Below, piece by piece: positions 32,601 to 37,257 of a DNA stretch of 37,257 nucleotides; within the stretch, counting starts at the first letter, position 1; every line of letters begins with the position of its first letter. The notes beneath the pieces were generated by a model. It worked only from the letters and a program-made list of their open reading frames with translations, was not told the DNA's origin and made no database searches. Source of the stretch: Barthelona sp. PAP020 (lineage: Eukaryota); the NCBI GenBank assembly GCA_040182905.1, contig JARQWU010000079.1:1-37257 (forward strand), written 5' to 3'. The position numbers and the translations under genes are program-made.

Positions 32601-33260
32601 AAAGTAAAAGCTTTAATTTTCTTGTCAATCATGTTTGAAGAAAAGAATAGCACAATGAATAGACAAGAATGGTCATATTTGGTTACTAAGCTTGAAAACA
32701 CTAAATTATTTTCAAAAATATTTATGATAGTACTCATCAATGAAAATTTATTAATGGAAAAGTTTGAAATATTGTTCAAAAGTTTTATCAAACATTCGGA
32801 AAATGATGTTTTAATTGAACAAGTGCTAAATGATGTTATTGAGAAAAAGAAAGATTTGCTGTTGATGGATGTCAATGTTTATGATGATGATAAAAGAGAA
32901 ATTGGCACAAAAAGTCAAAATTATAACAAAATCTATGCATATGATAATTTTGTTCTTAAGTGTCTTGATTTGGCTCAAAATAATCAAATGTTTGCCAAAA
33001 AATTTTCAAATGTTGTTAAGGAGCAAATATCTGTTGAAAATAATAAAAATATAATAAATCACTCATATATTGCTTGGTTGAACGAAATTACTGTACAATT
33101 ATCAAAAAATATCATATATTCCCCCATTTCCAAAACAAACAAAAATATCCATTTAAATAGACAAAAGAATAAACCCCCTCAATTAAAATTGGTTTTAAAT
33201 CTCCAACCAATTTCAGTTCAAAACACTGCAAAAGATGAAAAAATTGAAGAAGAAGAATAA
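24948..33260 (+). CDS. Giant ubiquitin-specific protease (peptidase C19, USP9X/24/34-like size and layout); exons 24948-24981 and 25027-33260; 2755 aa
   Basis: Cys box GLYNLGNTCYFNCIIQLLY, QQDLNE, CSKC knuckle, His box HSGNALSGHYWSY, FND and AYLLCY. The track start at 25056 is TTG. Removing a 45-nt intron joins ATG 24948 in frame (MDENTVIAGLYS-DNPNKFIENLTNK). Confidence 0.92.
24982..25026 (+). other. 45-nt spliceosomal GT-AG intron
   Basis: Donor GTAATT, branch point ACTAAC (25010-25015), acceptor CAATAG. Contains an in-frame TAA at 24987; excision restores the USP reading frame. Confidence 0.85.
26661..26699 (+). repeat. (CAA)13 microsatellite encoding poly-Gln
   Basis: Pure CAA x13 in frame within the USP CDS. 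Confidence 0.95.
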
Positions 33261-33366
33261 AGAAGAATACTTTGGGAGTGAATAAAAATTTATAGATGCT
33301 ATCATAAGGATTAGAAAAGTAGACACAATTGTAAATGGCCATGTAATTTTTTTTTTTTTTTTCCTT

Positions 33367-33590
33367 TAACCAGATCACGTGCCTACGGCTCGTTTCTGCG
33401 CTGCGTTGTTAATTTTAAAGTTCCTTCGTAATCAACTGGAGGGCAAGTCGGGTGCCAGCAGCCGCGGTAATTCCTGCTCCAGTAGCGTATGTTAACGTTG
33501 TTACAGTTAAAAAGCTCGCAGTTGAATTTGTTTCTGGATGATTTTGAGGACCTAGTCCTCTTACGATCAAGATTTGAAACCATCCAAAAA
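33367..33590 (+). rRNA. Isolated 18S (SSU) rRNA fragment, about helix 16 to the first helix of V4; functional module or pseudogene unresolved
   Basis: 33431-33529 (ATCAACTGGAGGGCAAGTCGGGTGCCAGCAGCCGCGGTAATTCCTGCTCCAGTAGCGTATGTTAACGTTGTTACAGTTAAAAAGCTCGCAGTTGAATTT) matches the eukaryotic helix 18/530-loop region. Flanking hairpins at 33371-33398 and 33535-33586 lie where h16 and V4 are expected. Outer boundaries are approximate. Confidence 0.93.
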
Positions 33591-33667
33591 AATAATCAAC
33601 TTTAAAAAAATTTACAATTGAAGATATAGATAGTACAATTAAACTGTCTAACTCACCTAAACCTAAT

Positions 33668-34081
33668 TCAAAGTTCTATATTTATATGCTCAGGATCGGA
33701 TACCAATAAATCATCAACCCAATCAACCAAATCTTCAACTCCCTTTTCTATCTCGTCAAATTGCTCGTCTTCATTCAATTGTTCTGAATTTTCTATTTTA
33801 ATTTCATCATTTGTTGAAATTGTCTCAATATTCAACGAAAGTTTCAAAGAATCAGTTTTTGGGATCGATTTTTCTGTTGAGACAGATTTTTTAACCTTTT
33901 TATTTATATTAGAATCAATAACAGTTGAAACTGTAGGTATTTGTGTTACAATCATAGGAATCATTGAATGTTCTTCCACAAAGATTTCATCATCCGATTC
34001 ATTATCCTTTATTTCAATATTCATATGCTTGCTAAAACTTGTTGCGAATGCAAAAGGATTTGTACTAGAGAATAAATACAT
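33668..34081 (-). CDS. Hypothetical acidic protein, 137 aa
   Basis: ATG-to-TGA ORF, D/E-rich, probably disordered, ending in EDLVDWVDDL. No family recognised. Confidence 0.6.
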   Translation of the reverse strand: MYLFSSTNPFAFATSFSKHMNIEIKDNESDDEIFVEEHSMIPMIVTQIPTVSTVIDSNINKKVKKSVSTEKSIPKTDSLKLSLNIETISTNDEIKIENSEQLNEDEQFDEIEKGVEDLVDWVDDLLVSDPEHINIEL

Positions 34082-34124
34082 GTTTCATTTGAAAATAAAA
34101 AAATTGATTTTTTTATTTTGAATT

Positions 34125-34874
34125 ATGAATTTCAATGAATTTTCGAAAGGTTTAATATATCCATCTAGAAAAATTCTTTGTTCTATTCCAACAAAAGTTC
34201 CAAATCCAACTTTATTAACAAAAAATTCTGAAAGAAAAAGAAAAGATTCCATAAATTCTGCCCTTTCATTAAAAGATTATAAATTATTTTCTTCTAAATC
34301 CATTAATCAAAAGAAAATTGACAAAAAATTGAAAGAAGCAAAAGTAAAATCTTCTAAAAATTGTAAAAAAACAAATCCTTTTGACAAAAATAACAATTGT
34401 TTAAATATTTCTATCCCCTTAAAATCCCATAGAATATGTACTGAAAATGAATCCAAACAAATAAACATGGAACCGTTGCATTTTGAAAATTTTGAAATGT
34501 TTAAAAATGTTTCCGCAGAAAAATCATTGTGTTCTGAACGATTAAAGCCTCTATGTAATGTAAAAAAAGTTAACTCTCCAAGAAAAAGTCAAAAGTTGAG
34601 GCTGAATCATCTTCAGCCTCTCCATCCTTTAGTTGTTTCGTCAAGATCAATTGCTTCAAAGACTGGAATAACAGGTCAAAAATTGACAATAAAGTCAAGA
34701 GATACAAACAATCTTAAGTCCCGAATGATTTGTGATATCAAGTCGTTGTCAATGGATGTTGAAAAGAATGAAAATAATTTTGAAGGTAATGACACCCAAG
34801 ATCAACAAATTCCAGAAATTGAGTTGAAAATATCTTTGCCAACTGCTAGAATGTTGGTCACAAGTGGATTCTAA
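34125..34874 (+). CDS. Hypothetical basic, K/N/S-rich protein, 249 aa
   Basis: 750-nt ATG-to-TAA ORF in very AT-rich DNA. No family recognised. Confidence 0.7.
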   Translation: MNFNEFSKGLIYPSRKILCSIPTKVPNPTLLTKNSERKRKDSINSALSLKDYKLFSSKSINQKKIDKKLKEAKVKSSKNCKKTNPFDKNNNCLNISIPLKSHRICTENESKQINMEPLHFENFEMFKNVSAEKSLCSERLKPLCNVKKVNSPRKSQKLRLNHLQPLHPLVVSSRSIASKTGITGQKLTIKSRDTNNLKSRMICDIKSLSMDVEKNENNFEGNDTQDQQIPEIELKISLPTARMLVTSGF

Positions 34875-35489
34875 TAAAAAATGAACTAATAAAAGAAAAA
34901 AATGTTTGAAGCAAAAATTGGAAATTCCTTTTAATCTTGTTCTTTTCCTTTTTCATGTTTTCTCTTCTTTTTTTTTGTCTCTAACTTAACCCCAAGCCCT
35001 TAACAATATTTATTTAATAAAATTTACCCTTTTTTTTTGTCCAATTGACATAGAATTTTCAAACAAAGGAAATACATTTTCAAAAAAAGAAAACACGGTG
35101 TAAAACTATCGTTGTAATTTGCAACGAATTTAAATTCAATAAAAATCTTTTAGGTTGTCAATTCATTGAAGGAACAATTAGAATTGAAGTCTTCTTTTTA
35201 CAAACCTGAAATTTCAACTATTTTTCATCTTTTGTTTCCAATGTGGTGCTTGAAATTCAAATTTTAAAGTTTTAAACCTTAGTGTATTTCCATGGAAATA
35301 TGCAGTTTCAATAAGTCATTTGATATTCAAATGACCTTTATTGATGTTCAAAAGCAGCTGTATTCATTTACAAAGAAATTAAACTCAGAAAAATTATTTT
35401 AATAAATTTCAGTAAGAAGGAAATTAAAAGATATATTTCCAAGCCAAGAAGCACTGTGCGTATGAGTGAATAAAAAAGAATAATGTTTA

Positions 35490-36010
35490 TTTGGTTAAAG
35501 GCTTTCAAGGCCCGATTGATCTGTTGAAAAACTTTAGATTTTTTAAGGCAAAGTTTAAACTTTAAAACTTTACTTTTGCAAAAATACAAAAAAATAGGAA
35601 TGAAGAATTTTTCCGAAATTCTCCTACTTGATCGTTCCAATTACATTTCAGTCCCTCAATTCCCCCTGGGATTTTGACTGAAATTTGCTAGAATGAGTTT
35701 TCTGATTGCTTTTTCTTTGCAAATAAATATAGTTGTTTCACAACTGAACCAATTACTAATAAAAGCATTTGGAGGGTTGATTATTCTGTTGAAACTTTCA
35801 ACTTTTCAAAAGTGAAAATAAAACCTTCATTGATTTTGACTTTGTGCAACACAAAAACAGGGATAAGTAATTCTTTCCCAAACTTTCATACTTGATCGTC
35901 AGAACTGAATTTCAGCAGCTCATTTGCTTTTGCTAAAAAACTTAAATAATTCACCAAATATAACTCTATAAATAAGCATGGTTGTTTCATCACTAACAAA
36001 AATATCCCTT
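35490..36010 (+). pseudogene. Decayed tandem duplication (~250-265-bp unit), probably the remains of an internally repetitive gene
   Basis: 35610-35661 and 35874-35925 align without gaps at 38/52 nt; matching blocks also begin at 35721 and 35970. Translations SEILLLDRSNYISVPQF and SQTFILDRQN*ISAAHL; stops and frameshifts throughout. Confidence 0.55.
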
Positions 36011-36499
36011 TTTGCTCATCAAGATTATGCTTTGACCAAAATATCTTAAAGAATTGCTCTCAGTTTTTTATCACACATAAATAAGTCTCTTTCACAGCCA
36101 TACCAATTTCAAGCCACTTTTTGCTATTCTTATTGTTGCATTTAGGACAAAAGCATTATTAAAATAATGTTGCTTTCATTTATTTCAACAGAAGTTGGGC
36201 AAACATTCTCATCTTTAGAGAAAGATTTCAAACAAAAAAAATTACAACATGCAATTATCATCTTCCAACATCATGAAGTGTTGCTCAAAACAATTTCCAA
36301 TACAATTGAGTGTACAAATTCGAAAGAGGAAATTTGAACGAAAAATCGATTTTTGTATTGAAAAAAGAATTTCACATAGGTATAATCAATAAATTCATTT
36401 CATTTCGACATGGGAACTTTTGCTAAATTTCGTGAAAGAAACCAAAGACAAAGATTGAAATTGACCTTTTGTTTCAGTTTTTTGGAAAGTTTTTTTTTC

Positions 36500-37257
36500 A
36501 TGGCAGAAATTGTGAAAAACTTTCAAAATTTACTGTTAGAGGCAGTAAACAATGATTTCAATAATTTCCAACAGGTTATTGGAACTGTTGAACTTGATTC
36601 TGTCTTTTCGCTTCTTTCTAAATGGGATGTACCAGTTTTTGCAATTGCAATGAAGATGGGTACCGCTTTTATACACAGCAAAAGGGCGCAACAAGAAGGA
36701 AAAGTGCTATTTTTTCGAATTCTCTGGTTGTCTTCTAATTTTGAAGAAATATTGTATAATCAAGCTGCTATGGCAAATGATACAAAGTTCAAACAACTCA
36801 TGAGAGTTTTTTACGAAAATTGTGAATCTTCCCAAGCTATTTTGGAAAAGAGTTTGAATCGTGGATTTTTGAGAAGCTGTCTTTTTGGAAGTCGGGATCT
36901 GGAGATGATTAAAGAGTTGCATCAAAGATTTGATAGTTTAAGTGGTGATTTGAATGTGATATTGACCACTAGCAGCATAAACATGATGCCTGATGAAATT
37001 TCAACTAAAATTGCGGATCATTTATTGCAGTTAAACGAAAAGCTGATGGAAGAGATGCGTAGAAATTTTGAAAAGATTGAAAAGCTGCAAAGACAAACCA
37101 ATGACAAGTTGTCATTGTTGATGTCAAAAATCGATTCTCCGTCACATGAAAATGATGTGAAAGATGTTTTGAGAAAGATTCAAAGTACAGAGAACAAACA
37201 TAATAACTCAGATTTTGACATTCCTGAAATCCTTTTTGACAGGATAAGCGCATTAGA
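36500..37257 (+). CDS. Partial gene running off the window; N-terminal MLKL-NTD/HeLo-like four-helix bundle plus coiled coil
   Basis: Hand translation from ATG 36500 gives 252 open codons (MAEIVKNFQNLLLE...FDIPEILFDRISAL). Residues ~45-155 fit the MLKL N-terminal domain pattern. Missing from the ORF track, presumably because it has no stop codon in the window. ORF is solid; the domain call is moderate. Confidence 0.75.
   Translation, partial: MAEIVKNFQNLLLEAVNNDFNNFQQVIGTVELDSVFSLLSKWDVPVFAIAMKMGTAFIHSKRAQQEGKVLFFRILWLSSNFEEILYNQAAMANDTKFKQLMRVFYENCESSQAILEKSLNRGFLRSCLFGSRDLEMIKELHQRFDSLSGDLNVILTTSSINMMPDEISTKIADHLLQLNEKLMEEMRRNFEKIEKLQRQTNDKLSLLMSKIDSPSHENDVKDVLRKIQSTENKHNNSDFDIPEILFDRISAL

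Noticed and set aside
33383..33583. 66-aa minus-strand ORF (YWSRNYRGCWHPTCPP)
   Set aside because: It is the antisense translation of the 18S rRNA fragment, a common annotation artefact.
36707..37253. Two minus-strand ORFs (72 aa and 82 aa)
   Set aside because: They are antisense to the longer open + strand frame starting at 36500.
1..37257. CRISPR arrays, tRNAs, transposases, telomeric arrays, prokaryotic operons
   Set aside because: None recognised by eye; gene content and the spliceosomal intron are eukaryotic.

Overview
AT-rich, gene-dense, intron-poor eukaryotic nuclear DNA, probably from a protist. The genetic code is standard: TAA, TAG and TGA all end long ORFs. The organism cannot be identified from this window. 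Genes in order: coiled-coil protein with a MAP65/ASE1-like C-terminus; alanine aminotransferase; divergent E2F/DP-type winged-helix protein; class II CPD photolyase; multi-pass membrane (DEK1-like) calpain lacking its catalytic triad; SFT2/Got1; N-acylated LRR-like protein; spastizin (ZFYVE26/SPG15)-like protein without a FYVE finger; giant USP deubiquitinase with a 45-nt 5' intron; two small divergent hypothetical genes; and a partial gene at the right edge, absent from the ORF track, that starts with an MLKL-type four-helix-bundle-like domain. The most unusual non-coding feature is an isolated ~225-nt piece of 18S rRNA (about helix 16 to the start of V4, including the 530 loop) between protein genes, with base-pairing preserved and no other rDNA recognised in the window. 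There is also a candidate structured RNA near 896-1065 and a decayed tandem duplication near 35.5-36.0 kb. All family assignments are by-eye motif recognition; no searches were run.
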